A stretch of 63,964 nt of DNA, the filler included, from Licmophora abbreviata (taxonomy: Eukaryota): NCBI GenBank assembly GCA_900291995.1. It is 6 parts of 6 records of this genome, joined end to end, with 100 filler letters (N's around TTAATTAATTAA, not from the genome) between each part and the next. Parts side by side here need not be neighbours in the genome. Positions count along the whole stretch, not along the records: positions 1 to 25,398 come from OLMU01003920.1; positions 25,499 to 43,079 come from OLMU01003924.1; 4 more parts are not named here. One strand, given 5' to 3'. Numbering within the stretch: the first letter of the stretch is position 1; each line of letters starts with the position of its first letter. Position numbers and translations under genes: made by a program. Below, in pieces: positions 13,240 through 26,410 of the stretch. The notes under the pieces are model-generated. The model had not been told where the DNA came from and did no database searches. It saw nothing but the letters and a program-made list of their open reading frames with translations.

Positions 13240-13367
13240 AGGAAAGTCAAAGAACGGCATGTCGCTACCTGTAATCCGTCTCTGTTGCGATGCAGCTCAA
13301 TAAATATATCTTATGCAGTCATTCGGGATCATCACTATGCTGTATTTGATGGTGTAGCGTTGGCCCT

Positions 13368-16300
13368 CTACTTGGCCTTTCCGTCCAGTCTCTGCTCTAG
13401 TCGATGCAGACGACTCTGGACTCTTTTCGCAGCTGCAGCGTTTTCCTCGTCCTGTCTGGAAGCCGCGACGGGCGTCTCATTTTCGTTCGTTGCAAGACTT
13501 CCTTCCTCCTCGAGTCCACTTCCTAATAATTCACTTATGTTTCCAGTGCTTTCCAGTTGACGTCGTCCTTCCGTGATCGAAGGCGAATCAAAGCTTTTGG
13601 AGGCAACGTACATTTCAAACGGACTGTCCACTCGCTGATCCATCCGTACGGACATCGAGCCTTCGCAGTCCATCTCGAGCCGACACGGCGTTGGGGCCTT
13701 TGCAGTGGACACATGTGAGGAGTCGCCGCCACAGGATTCTTCACACACCGTACTCACTGCCATGCCGATTGTCGGATACTCAGTGCCACGACCCAGGCTC
13801 GTGCATGGCGCGATTGAGGCATTCGATTCTTCCTCAGAGAGCATCCGTCGAGCGTCTCTCTTCGATCCGTCGCAGGTCTCTCTTCGCTCCTCGCCGACTG
13901 AAGACTGTTTCGATGCTACTGACAGGCGAGACTGGCCGCACAAGCTGTTGCGACTGTCACGACCATACTGAGAACGACGACCACTCTTGGAGCGCATTGC
14001 CTTGTTCATTCTCCTCGTCTCCTTGTGCTGCTCGCGTTTCATTTCGTCTTCAATACACTTTGGAAGTTTCGAGATTGATGTCTGCATAACGTATTTGATG
14101 AGTAGCATAACATGCTCCCAGCCGACCACGACACAGAACAGAGCGAGGTTACCGATCTTCTGGCCAAGCTCGGTAAACTTAGCACTTGCGAAGCCCATGA
14201 GCCAACAATTGGTGAGAACCGCGATGACGGTAACAATGTGTAAAACGTGCTCCCACACTCCGATTCCGCCTGTCTTCTGAGCGAGCGTTCGAGCCCGGCC
14301 CCGACATAGTTTGTAGGCATCCAAGCGCATACTCAGTAGATGATTCAGTAGACAAATCAGCGGAGCAATAGGAAGAACAACACTAAAGCAAGTCGCATAG
14401 GCGAAAAGCACAACAGCTTGAATGTACTCGGGAAAGCTATCGTGCATGGGCAACATGGTTTCAAGCCAAATATCATCTTGCGCCTGATCGAGAAGCAAAC
14501 GCTTATTGACGAGGTGAACCCTCGTGTTTTCAAATTCGGTCTTCTTGAACTCGTCTCGGTCTTTTTCTCGAGACGATTCTGCCTCGGCAGCAACAAGATC
14601 GGATTCCTCTAGCTCGATCTGGCGGAGCTCCTCGTGTAGTTGCTTTTTCTCAGACCAGACTTTCAATCGGTAAATCAGCAATGGGAAGAACACTTGGAGG
14701 AAGACTCCCCACCAATGGACGACCGTGATGTACACGAAGACACCAGTTCCGACCCGAAGAATTCCATTCTCGATTGCTTGCGTCGTCCCGACGGAAATAA
14801 AGGAGTAGTAGTATAGCGTAGCGAAGTAGCAGACGAATCGGAAAGAAAATACCTTGATAATCAAGTGCGTCCGATACTCCGTCTCCGTTCGGTAGTTTTC
14901 GAAGTTATTGAGAGACACTGATACGCGCATCAAAACAAAGTTTAGAAGCGGCAAAAACAGGCCAAGAAGAGCAGGTAGCCCAGCGACGATGAACCAGAAC
15001 GTAGGATCGTAGAAAACCTCCTTGTTCAGCTCCACAGCGTCGAGTGGAGCTTGCATACCAATCGAACTGATCGAAAAGGTAAACTCAAACGTGGTTGCTC
15101 CAGTAGTTCCGATATCTTCGTAGTATCGGGCCAACATCAGATCGCGATTCGCATGGACAAATAGAATGAGAATGAGAGAACCGAACGTGAACAAGAGAAT
15201 GATGGGGAAGCTCACAGCGTACTTGAGCCAACGTTTCCACGACGGGTAGTAGAGAACTTCCTCTCCCGTAATTGCGTCGTAGCGAGGCTTGCCATGAAAC
15301 TGAGGTCGCGTTGTTTCCTGTTCCTTGTAATCCATCGTGCCCCACTGGTACGCCAAATAGTTTGAACGTTTGCGCCAGTTGACCAATACGACGAAGGACC
15401 AGAGCATCACTAGGGTCGCAAAGTAAGGCCGAATCGGATGATCCCAATTATTACTCCGGATCTGGCAGATAAAGACGATAAGGCCAGCGATAGAAAGGAA
15501 CAGCAAATGGAAGGAGAAATGTTGCAACCACGCAAAGTAGAAGGCGACTTTCTCTCCAAAATACTGCTCGATGGAGTCCAATGGTTGGTTGAAGCTGCCG
15601 ACGAACAAGCGGTAGAAACCGTTTGGAATATTTCCTTGGCGAGCCGAGATGAAAGATTCCTGCTCCCACGGATGAGCGCTCGGGACGGATCCGTCGATGG
15701 GATGTTGTGATTCCACGTCCGACACTGCATTCGAGAGGCGACCAACCCAATTCTCCTTTCTCCAGAAGAAGAACCAAGCGTTGAACAATGCATCGAGTTT
15801 CGCGTGCATGTGAAGTGGGACTCGCTTCTGAATCATGGTTCCAAGAGGGTCGGTCGACTGTCCTAGTCCAGCTCCGGAGTAGTCAACTCTCGACCGAATA
15901 ATATAGTCGATTATGGTTTGACGTTCTGAAGATCGGAAGAGAGACGCTTCTCCCAGGAAAGAAGGTGAGTCCAGCTCGTCGTTCGGTGGACGGAAGTTTG
16001 CGATGTTGTCCTCTCGAAAGAGCTCCAACTTGCCTGATATCACACAGAGATAAAGAAGGAGGAGTTAATCCATGGTTGCAACAAACTGGAAAGCACGCGT
16101 GCGCTTAGGCGTTGTCTCACCATCACGGTTCATCAGCTTGAGCCGTAGTACCTCCGCTAGATCCGTGATTCGGTCCGAAGGGCAGCGAACCTTGATCATG
16201 ACGCGAGTTTTGTCGAGGCCATAGATGCGTTGCGTCTGGAATAACGCCAGGCGAAGCCTGCTCCAAATCTGACGAAAGGAACAGGGTATGAGGTGAGGAC

Positions 16301-19300
16301 GGCATCCGCAGTGTATATTGCAAGTAACGAGAGAGTCGTATCATACCTGTGTTCCGGGCGAAAGGAATCCTAGAAAGTCAGACGACGGAGGAGGCACCGC
16401 ATCAGGCATCACATGCCCTCTCATGTAAGCGTCATCTTTCCCAAACAGTTTCACCAGGCACTTCTCTGCAAGAGAGACAGCGGGAGGCTCCTTGAACTCG
16501 TCTTCGTGTAATGTATTCTGATTCTCCATCATAGCGTTGATGTTTGACCCGAATCCAGCGTTACGTTGCTGAGCAAATCGATTGGACGCAGCATCACGAT
16601 GCAAGAGAAGAAAGCCCCTGAAAGCCAACCAGTACTCTCCGTCTGTTGCTGTCTCAATGTCGAACGATTTGAATTGCGCATCTTTTCCTTCGCCAGAGTA
16701 CCATTTCTCACTCCCAGCCGTGTTGAACGGTTTGGCTGTCTTCGCAACAAATGTCCGCTCAACCCTGGTGACGAGTGAAAACGTACACGGGGTATGATAG
16801 CTCGTTTTCGATCGACGCAGTGAAAACGTTCCCAGCTCGCCGTCAGACGAGCGAGGATCTTCGTGGCGGGCCGGATGAACGGCAATAATATCCGAAACAC
16901 GAATCTGACCGCTGTTGGCCGCCTTGAAAGCCATATCAGCAACTTTGCTGGGAACTTTCTTTTCCTTTTCCTTCAAGATTCTCTTTCGTTCTTCCTGCTT
17001 CGACTTTTTCTGGCGATGCTCCATGGCAGCGATAGCATCTGCGAGCGGGAGAAACGGCAACTCTTCATCTGGAACGACTGGATCAGAGTCGTTTCGTTTA
17101 CATTCTTCGATCTTTCTATTGTGGCGGAAGCGCTGTTCGTGAAACTGCATCCTCGCTTCTTCTTCCTCAACGACCTGATACCTAACAGAATGGTAGACAA
17201 AGTAGAGGGCGGATGCATGAGATAGGATAGACGTAGATCATTTTGAACTCCACTGCCCCCTCCCCCAAGTTGAGATCACTTACCTAATTGTGTCACCTCC
17301 GTCCAAAGAAAACAGCATGATAAAGACGGCGGTGTTCATAGGTCGATGGCGCCGTACTACAATACCTCGCTTGAGCGCCGAAAGGAACTCCATCATACCA
17401 TGCGTTCGGGCAACGATTCCCCGAGGAATGACAAGAGTAGGAATGTCTTCAATCCGAAGCGAATTGGGATTGTGCTTTCGTCGGTTAGTCCCCGACGCAA
17501 TTTCATCGTCGCTTACAGATTCCTGCTGTGTCGATGAGGGAGGCAAGACAACCTGAGTGACTCGTCGCTTCTTGCGGATCGACGATCCTCTCGACAGTAG
17601 CGACCGGCGAGAAGCGGATCGTACAGGGGTTTGCGATGCCCCCCAGCGACGGCGTGTCATGGCGGCGGTCGACGAGGACAGTGGCATTTCGGTAGCACCC
17701 CCACGACTCGGCGTCGGCGTCCGATTGGCCGACATTGCAGCGGTACCCCAGCGACGGCGTGTCACGGTGCTTGTCTTTGGAGAGAGCGGCGTTCTAGGGT
17801 TCGGCGTATGAAAGTCTTCGTCGTCGTCGTCCGCATCGTATTCGAGTTTCGAACCCGAAATAGACTGCCGCAGGCCTACCGCTTGTTGAAAGATACTGGT
17901 ACGCGTCCGTCTCGCCACGGGGCGTCCAGAGTCGTACAAGATGCCACCTGAAAAGATCCCGTCCGCCTCATCACGCCTGGCTGCTGCTGCGTTGGTGGTT
18001 GTACGAGGCGTCTCGGTGGTAGGTTTGCGACGCTGCCGCATACCCAGGGACGGTGACAAGAAGGGTCTTGCATCAATCACTGACGACACTGGATCGACAT
18101 CCTGCACAGCGCCGGCATTCGTCTTTTCACTCTCTTCCGTCCCTTGCGACGACGATAGCATGGTAGTGTCATCCTCCCACAGAGTCTCTTCTCCCAACAC
18201 TTCTTGTCGAAAGTCCAATAAATCAGCCCAATAGGCATAGACCGCTTGCGGGTGCAGAATAATGGCAAAGTCATAATGATCGTCATAGTCCACCCTCTTC
18301 ATGCGTCCCACCTTTTCCTTGTGGACGCGTTGCAAATAACTCAAATGATCTAGCAAATCAGTCTCTTCGTCATCAGATTCATCATTACGACGATAGTGCA
18401 CGGCACCACGCACCCGATGCACCGCCACATGAGACCAGTGTTGAAATTCTTGTACCGTGAATTGAGATGCGTTCCGAAGGGTAGGGTAGACATGAGAGGA
18501 CCACCATGACGACAACGAAGTCTGCGGTTGTTGTTGGTTGGAATCAACATGATCTCTGCAACGACCTGCCTCGTGTTCACTCCTGACATGAACGACACCA
18601 TCCTTGCCTCTTCCTTGTTCTATATCATCAGCAGCATGTCCATGTCGTGTCGCAGTGTTGTTGTTATTGTTGTGTTGTTCGACAGTTGTAGAAAAGGACA
18701 CACGCAGTGGCGGTCGATCGATCCGACGTTCGGTTTCCTCTGCCGCAACACCCGATAGAACACTGCGTGCCGTCGTGGTGGTACTCACCACAAAGGAAGT
18801 GTCCTGACTCGGCTGTTGCAATACTAACAAGTCTTCACCATACAGCCAGGAAGAGCGTCGTTCTTGTGCAGTACTACTACTACTAGTAGTAGTACCAGTA
18901 GTAGTATGGTGCATGCCACCATCGCGGGAGGGTAGCAAGGAAGGTTCTTCGTCGTCAGATGAAGTGGTAGAAGAGTAGTAACAATTTGAAGCAGGCCGTG
19001 TGTGGTTGGTAATGGACGTCAAGACAGGTCGTCTTGCGAGTGACGACGACACGTGGTCGTCTCCAGGCCTGCCTCTAGTAGTAGTATGCTCGTTGTAGGA
19101 GGGCGTCTTGGTGCGTCGATCAATGGTAGTTTCTCGAAAGACAGAACGAGCCTTGTTCTTCTTTTCAGTAGCAGCAGTAATAGAAGTAGGTGGAGAGGAA
19201 CGATTGGCCAACCACGATGGATTGTACGAGGGCGGTGGTTCATGATAGTCTGTCGTCGTCGTCATCATCATCATCGTGTTTGGCGCAGCAGTAGTAGGGT

Positions 19301-19559
19301 CGTCGACTCCAGTGTTTTCGTCGTCGTCGTCGTCATTGTCACTGACCAAGATGGGTTCACCCATGTCATCGTAGAGAACCTTCTTCTTTTTCGTCTTGTT
19401 TGTTTGGTGGTTGGAAAGCTCCAAAAGAGCAGTAGTAGTCTTGGGTCGTGAGGACGGTGATGTCGTCGTCATGGTACGGCTTCTTACGGGATGTTGATCT
19501 CTCGTCTCTTCCTCCTCACGATCATGATGATGACGACGATGATAGTCCTCGTCCGACAT
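13368..19559 (-). CDS. Anoctamin/TMEM16-family protein with long disordered N-terminus; introns 17182-17283, 16269-16346 and 16034-16120
   Basis: Motifs QPLDSIEQYFGEKVAFYFAWL, NFENYRTETEY, RLDAYKL and GIGVW. Three GT-AG introns join ORFs 17280..19559, 16341..17150, a short exon and 13368..16043 in frame. Confidence 0.88.
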
Positions 19560-20098
19560 GTCTCTGAGGAAATTCTGTTTACAAAGGAGCAGCAGCGTTG
19601 GTCAAGGTCGATTCGGCTCTTTCTCATACTGTCAGCCTTGCTCACCCGATCATCATCATGTGTGTGTGTGTCTCATACTTTGTATCATCCTGTTGTTGGA
19701 GGAGCCTGCCGGCGGGACGAGTGTTTGAAAATGTCTCTTCGTACAACTGTAATGAGTATCTACGCTAGTACAAAGGCAACGAAAGGTCTACGACATTCCA
19801 ACCGACACGTGTCAAAGCTCGAGGGTGGAGCTCGTGAAGAGTGAACGAGTCGAATGAGTCGAACCCAATGAATCTTTCAATCTTTCATCCTCACTCACTC
19901 CCTAGTCTACTACCACAGTGTGTTCGAGGCAACCATGAAACGTCTCTACTGCTGCTCTCTGCTATATTGGATATACATGCGCGTTCCTCGTCCTACAATC
20001 ACTCTCTATCGTCGTGTGCCACCCTTCCTTCTTGTCGGTTGCGAGTAGAACACTAGCAATCCAAAAAAAACGCCTTTTCCTCTTTGAGTGCCACAAGC

Positions 20099-23000
20099 AT
20101 GAACAGCACACCGGGTCGTACTACTACGACGACTACTACTACTCCTAGTAGAGGAAGAAGTACGAGTAATACTCCATCGCCCGCTCCCAACACTTTTTCT
20201 TCTACTACTACTTCTACTACTACACCGGCGCATCGACGAGTCTTGCAGGCTGCCGGAAGACCCTTGCGTCGGGTCAGTCGAGCCTTGCTCGTGGTGAATA
20301 ACAACGACAAACGTCACCCCACAGCTACTACTGCTACTGCTACTGCTAGTAAGCAAAGAAGAAGAAGAAGAAGAACTAACTACGGGGCGGTGGGCGTGAA
20401 TGATGGTCCAGACGATCCGATTGCTACACAACAACAACAACATCGTCGGAGAGTGTCACACTCTGGAACTACTTCTGCGATTGGAAGATCCTCCGAGAGT
20501 AGAGACGACGACGACGACGAAGCTTCTTCCTCCTGCTCGTCCGTAGGAGCACCTACTACGAAAGAAGAAAACAATGATGCAGTACAAGGAGGGGTCGTTC
20601 GAGGAGTGGAACGTGGCTTGCGACAGACCCTATTCGTAGTATCTGCCTATCTCTTGGGAAACTCACAACCACATCGACTGTGGGTCACACATCTTGCCGA
20701 ATATACGCTTGTGGCATGGCTCCTGTGCCTTGTTGTACTACTGTACTACGTCACGATCCAACAACAACAACAACAACAACAACAGAATCATGAGGATGAA
20801 CTAGAGGAGGAGGAGGATGCACTTCAAGACGAACTGTACTTGGAAGAAGGCGACATTGGGGAGCAAACGCGACTTTTGGTCGATACTACAACGACTAGTA
20901 GTATTTTGGAACAGGGTGATGATGATCATATGGAACCGAGAGGGCGAATGTTGTTTGAGCAAGACTACAACGACGACAACAGTGATGGACTATTACTCCC
21001 TGAACAGCTTGGTAGTAGTGATACTGTCGAGTCGCCAAAGAAGAAGCCATTGACCTTTCCGCATCCATCTCTGGAATCCCTCTTTCTTGTACTCCCCGGA
21101 GACCGTCGTATGGTTCCCAACAGTGGCCAGACCTACCGTCTGGACAATGAATGGTTCGATGGTGTCATGATGATTATGGTTCGCACTCCCGATGTGAACG
21201 AACCGCAGTCGGCCGCATCCTACTTTATCGGGAAGCAGCGTCGCTTTGAATTCCACTATCAGCTCAAGGTCAAGAAGGTTCCACAGGGACGTCCCTATTT
21301 TGCAGCAGAGTTGCAGGAACCCATCAAAATGGGCATGATTCAACGAGCCATTGTCGGTGCGGCCATGGCCTTTATGAAAAAGATGAATCCGACCTTTCAC
21401 TTTTCTCTGACAAAGAGTAATAATGGCGAGAATGGGGACTATGAACTCCCCCATGTTGCATTTACGGTCGAGGGGAGTATGGATCGTATGGTGGCCACAA
21501 AACCAGGAGAAGCGCTGCCGGTCTTAGGTGAGCCGATTTTCGAAGACGCGGAGTCCATCAAGCGGCGAAAGAAGGGCGGGGCGACTCAATGGAATACGCA
21601 GACACTTATACTTTCGCACTGTGGACGGCCTATGTTGACTTGTTGGACTGGAAGTGTCTCAATCTTCCCGGCATTCGACCTTTCTCGTTGGCGAGGGTGC
21701 TTGGCGATCAACACATGAATCTGACGCTCTACGCTATGCCAGACGGAGTGGATACTCATGGGAAACTGGGTCGAACGGAGATGGTCAACCTGGAAGTGTC
21801 CAACGGAAAGCACAGTTCGCTTGGTCCACTAGCTCGAGAATGGGTCAAGAAGAATGCCGTCCAGCTTAATGAAGAAGAGATGGACGAGGAAAGACCGGAC
21901 ATTCCCCTCTCAGAGTCGACGGACGACGAAGAAGACGAAGAAGCCGAAGAGGTCGACGCACTCGGAGAGAGCATCTACTTGCGGAGCGGAGACAATGTCA
22001 TTCTGCAGGAAGTCGTACCCGACGACGATCGAGGAGTATTCTTTGTGTGTAGCGGGGGAGGCTTCGCTGTTCTTCAGGACAGAGCAATGTCGACTATCGT
22101 AATCGAGAAGGTTCAGTCTGGGGTTTTGGGACGATCGCATCCATCGGCGTCTACTCGAGCTAGGTCTCGACTGATCAAGAGCGGAGACAAGGTCCTGGTA
22201 AAGCTTCTCACGAGATCCAATCAGGGCGATGAAACTGAAATTAGATATCTCTCGATTCATAGGGGGTGGTGGCTGAAGTGGGTATCGACTGCGCCTACCA
22301 AGAACGGCTTCTTTCGCATCTACACCCATGAGAGTGAGTTTGACCCCCGTAGTGGACGAGATATGTCGCAGGAGACTCAGTCATCGTACTTGACACTTGG
22401 GGGCGCTTTCTGGCTACGGCATCAGCGCTGGTCAAAGTATCAGGTCGGAGTTGGCTCGCAGGAGAGCGCGACATATGGTGGTAGGATGCTTGGCCTGTAC
22501 AGACCTCAATCTTTTGGTATGGGCGGGGAGGCTCGGCAGTCCGATGACGAGAATGAGCGGGATATCGACGATTCCGACGACGGACGTAGGCGAAGCCGCC
22601 AGTGGATGCAGCCGATCCAACTGAAAGCCCAGCTTGCAGCACCGGTCGTACCTAATATTGGAAGTCTTGATATTGCGGAGCCCCTGAGTACAGGTGACCC
22701 GGAGCTTCGCTCTCTTCTTGCTGGGCACTACGACGTGGATGTCCCTGTCTGGATCGAGATGATGAATCGAACCGCCAGGCGTCGTCAGCTGCTTTACGTC
22801 GTGCGAGTTTCAGGTGAAACGGCATCCACGGGCGAGCCATCAATTGAGCTGCGAGCCGATGATGAGGTTGAGAGAAGCGAGATGCTTTCGTTCTCTAGGC
22901 TTCGCACGGGCGATGAGCTTGCTTCCCTTATTCGGCTTGGCCAGACGCACCGGCGCGAGACAATACCAAAGCGGAAGAGCGACCCTTTCACAAGGTACAT

Positions 23001-25398
23001 GTATGTAGTGAAACTCACTCGATCTCCCTTTAATGCGCTCTGAAATCACTAACATCGCTCTCGCTTCTCCTGCTCTTTCTGAAAATCTGTCTAGCGGGTA
23101 TGCGAGTGATGGTGCGTTGGCCCGAACCCCCACCGGTCTGCCCAAGCCAGATGGAGGGCATCGCGCCCGAACTACCAGCAGCTCAAGCTTTGATGGCGAC
23201 GATGGGACCGCGATCATCAATAGACAAGGTCACCATGCCCTCTGGGATGACATTCCGGTCTCCTATTCATCGCCGCCGGACTTTCCACGAAGCGGGAAAC
23301 GTGGCAAGAAAATTATTGGTCAGATTGCCAAGTCCGTCAAGACCGGCACATCGAAAACTGGGAAGCAAGTGGTCAAACAAAGCAAGAAGGTCGGAAAGGG
23401 CACGGTAAGCGCAGGAAAGAAGATAATGACTCCAATAGCGAAGACCAACGTACGCCCAAGAAGACCGCCGTCGAAGGAACCGACCACTCGGAGGATCAGA
23501 ACATCGAGCAAGGGCAACCGCCGTCGCTCAGGTAGAGATCATTACGTTGTCGTGAATCGGGAAATGCGGAGAATGGAGGAAGAGGTATCGCAGAGAAGAT
23601 CGCTCCACCCACCGAAGTTTCTCGCTGGTCAGCTCTGCGCTTCTGACCAGTCTTGCCGAACAGCATCCCATATGCTCTCACAGATTCGAAACGAGACTGC
23701 ATCTTCGGCTTCTGCTAGACAATTCTCGAGCGATCTCTGTACTCACATCTCCCCTCTCAACGAGTTCGACTCGTCCTTTCTGCTGGGTGGATCGAGTCAG
23801 GTCGGGGTCCTCCCGGAAGATTCCAGCCAGAGTTTAGTATACGAGTCACTAGTCGCAAGATGCCTTTGGGAAAGTCACTGGCGGGAGGAGTGGTGTGGCA
23901 TTTATGAGAGCGGCATAGTCTTTTACGCGCCACTAACCAAGAAGCCATCTCTGAAGCTGTCATTTGCTGATATTGAGATAGCCCGCCCTAACGAGCTTGA
24001 TGTTCTCAGTCCTCTTCCTGGATTTGCGATTCTGACGATTGAATCGGCCTGGCAATGTCACTACATTGCTTTCAGCGGAGAGGAAGCGAGGGGCACTTTC
24101 ATCGAGAAACTTGATGATGCTATGGAGTCATGCTCAAGGCGCCCTGAGGAGCTCGAAGACGAAGACAGCGTGCGGGAGAAAGCGCTATGGAAAGCTAGAT
24201 TCTGGCAAGGATTCCAGAACTCAGTCGAATCGTCGTTGTCTGGTGGTCAAGGAAAGTGGGCGAAGGTGTCCTCCTCTTCCAAGATGTTGCATCGTACAAT
24301 ATTAAACTGCCGAAAGATGGTATTTGATTGTGAAGCACTGTCCAACGAGCAGGGAGAGAGTATCTCAACTGGGAGTCTGAGTTCCTTTGTTGAGCGCCTC
24401 CTGTCGATGTCTCTCTCATTTTCTGAGGATTCGCTCCGAGAAGACCCACAGAAGTTCGTCGACTTTCTGAACGCGACGAGCAGACTTCGACACGTTGCAC
24501 TGGGGGATATCGATCTGTCGAGCAGCGAGGCGCTCTGCTTGTTTGTCAATCTTTATCATTGCCTCTTGCAGCACGCCCTGCTAGTGACTGTCAAGGGGCC
24601 TTTGACCAAGGTGAGGAATCATGAGACCGACACCGCGGAATTCCTTCGATTCTTGTTGTATTTGCTATATAAACACTACTTGCTTCTCATCGCTCCCCGC
24701 ACGTTTGTTGTTTCCCTCGCTCCACCAGCGTTCCTGTTCGCATTTTATGCGCAGTACATCGTACGAGATCGGGGGAGATGTCTTCTCCCTGGCAGAGCTG
24801 CATTGTTGCATCATTCGCGGCAATCTGTCCAAGGCTGTTTCACCAAAGCCGCCGTATGTGGAAGCACCGAGAAAGTCGAATGCGTATCGTTTCTACGCCC
24901 TCGAGCAGGCAGATGCAAGAATCAATTTTGTATTGGTGAGCTCCTGATGAGTGCGCTTTCGAATCTGATCTCGCTTTCTGAGACAAACCAACTCTCTTTC
25001 TCACACTCTGCATATTTTTTGTCACAGAACACTGGTGACGTTTCTTGTCCTCAATCAGTTCCTATTCTGATTCCGACTGACCTAAATCAGCAACTCAATG
25101 CCGCCGCCACGACCGTGATTCGCACCCAACTGCAGGCATCGGATCGACGACTGATTGTATTGCCAAAGCTGTGCGAAGTCTACCGAAATGACTTTGGTGG
25201 CGGCAGCGATCGCGACATTGTTTCATTCTGTATGCGCTACCTGGATGCGGAAGCCCAACGTAGCATCCAGTCGTCGCTCTTTGCAAGCAGCGATGAGGCC
25301 GAAACTGTGATCAAGTTTCAACACACGGCGCAGCAGTATCATGTCGTGCTGCGACTGGACAGGACCATCGCAATGACTGACGAAGATGATGATGATCT
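20099..25398 (+). CDS. Large membrane-anchored protein with DUF1769-like, PH-like and DUF547-like domains; introns 22995-23094, 24611-24728 and 24936-25027; -1 frameshift near 21598; 3' end lost in gap
   Basis: DUF1769-like 'YFIGKQRRFEFHYQ...DTYTFALWTAYVDLLDW'; DUF547-like 'LFVNLYHCLLQHA...YEIGGDVFSLAELHCCIIRG...DARINFVL'. Confidence 0.7.
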
Positions 25399-25498
25399 NN
25401 NNNNNNNNNNNNNNNNNNNNNNNNNNNNNNNNNNNNNNNNNNTTAATTAATTAANNNNNNNNNNNNNNNNNNNNNNNNNNNNNNNNNNNNNNNNNNNN
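25399..25498. other. Artificial contig linker/gap (44 N + TTAATTAATTAA + 44 N)
   Basis: Identical 100-nt unit found five times; stops in all six frames. Confidence 0.97.
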
Positions 25499-25861
25499 CA
25501 CCCCACACCGTCCCCAACGCCACAACCCACTCTCCTGCCGACGCCACAGCCAACAGCTGGACTCGCCGATAGCAATGCCAATTGCAATATCAGCTTTCAA
25601 CCCCGTAATGAATACTGGGCAGGAGTTAATGTTGGATTTGACACTCCTACCGCTGTTCTTGATTTCAGCAACACTGGTTTGAACTTGAACGGCATAACAT
25701 TTGACAAGGGCGGATTCCTAGAAGGTTATGTTGATGGTCAGACTGTCTTTCTTCGCAAGCCCGATTGGATAAACAGCGGGAACCCAGGTTATATCGGACT
25801 CAACAGCAACGCGGGCCCGAATGCTGGTCTGGCCAACTTTGCCGTTCCCGGCTGTTCGTGA
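25499..25861 (+). CDS. 3' fragment of a protein with a Pro/Thr linker and a C-terminal CBM2-like module
   Basis: Open frame from the gap: PTPSPTPQPTLLPTPQPT, then about 90 aa bounded by two Cys with two Trp, ending VPGCS*. Confidence 0.55.
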   Translation, partial: HPTPSPTPQPTLLPTPQPTAGLADSNANCNISFQPRNEYWAGVNVGFDTPTAVLDFSNTGLNLNGITFDKGGFLEGYVDGQTVFLRKPDWINSGNPGYIGLNSNAGPNAGLANFAVPGCS

Positions 25862-26410
25862 GCTCCCACCCTCATGCATTCTTCGATGCATGCGGTCATA
25901 CTTACAAGCCAATACATACTTATATTCTTACAGCCAAGGTACGATTTCTCTATTAGACACCTCTAGCTTTTATAGTTGAGATAGGATTGCGTGCTTTCCA
26001 TGCTAGCTCCTCCTCTCTCCGATGGGAGAGGACCATTTTAGCATTTTCGCCTGCCCGATGCGGTCCTGGGAAGCAGTGAATCTTTGAAGGCACCAACGAA
26101 GAATAGACCTTGCTTCGTCTTTTGCCATTCTCCAACACGAAGAAAAGGTTGCCAAAGACGAGAGCTCCAGCGATGGACCGGACTCGACTCAGTCGACTCA
26201 GGATTCATTGACTCGTGACTCGTTCCATGTTGACCGCGCGCGCGTTGCGCGCCGCCACTCACCTCACATCCACTTCACTTCTTTTTTTCTTTTCTCATCA
26301 CGTTTCGGAATTCGATGCCGGCGGCGGCAATAACAGCACACTCTGCGCTGATGCGTTGCTGCGATTGACGAGAGAGAGTGCTGGACGATTACAACGCATA
26401 CACTTCCACT

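Noticed and set aside
11665..13260. Long antisense ORFs (210 and 298 aa) over FTHFS, and similar shadows over Rab8, the NIPA-like gene and others
   Set aside because: No recognisable motifs; expected antisense shadows of GC-balanced coding sequence.
18870..20790. Trinucleotide runs (ACT, CAA, GAC, AGA)
   Set aside because: They encode poly-T/Q/D/R tracts in low-complexity N-termini; ordinary microsatellites, not CRISPR or a repeat array.
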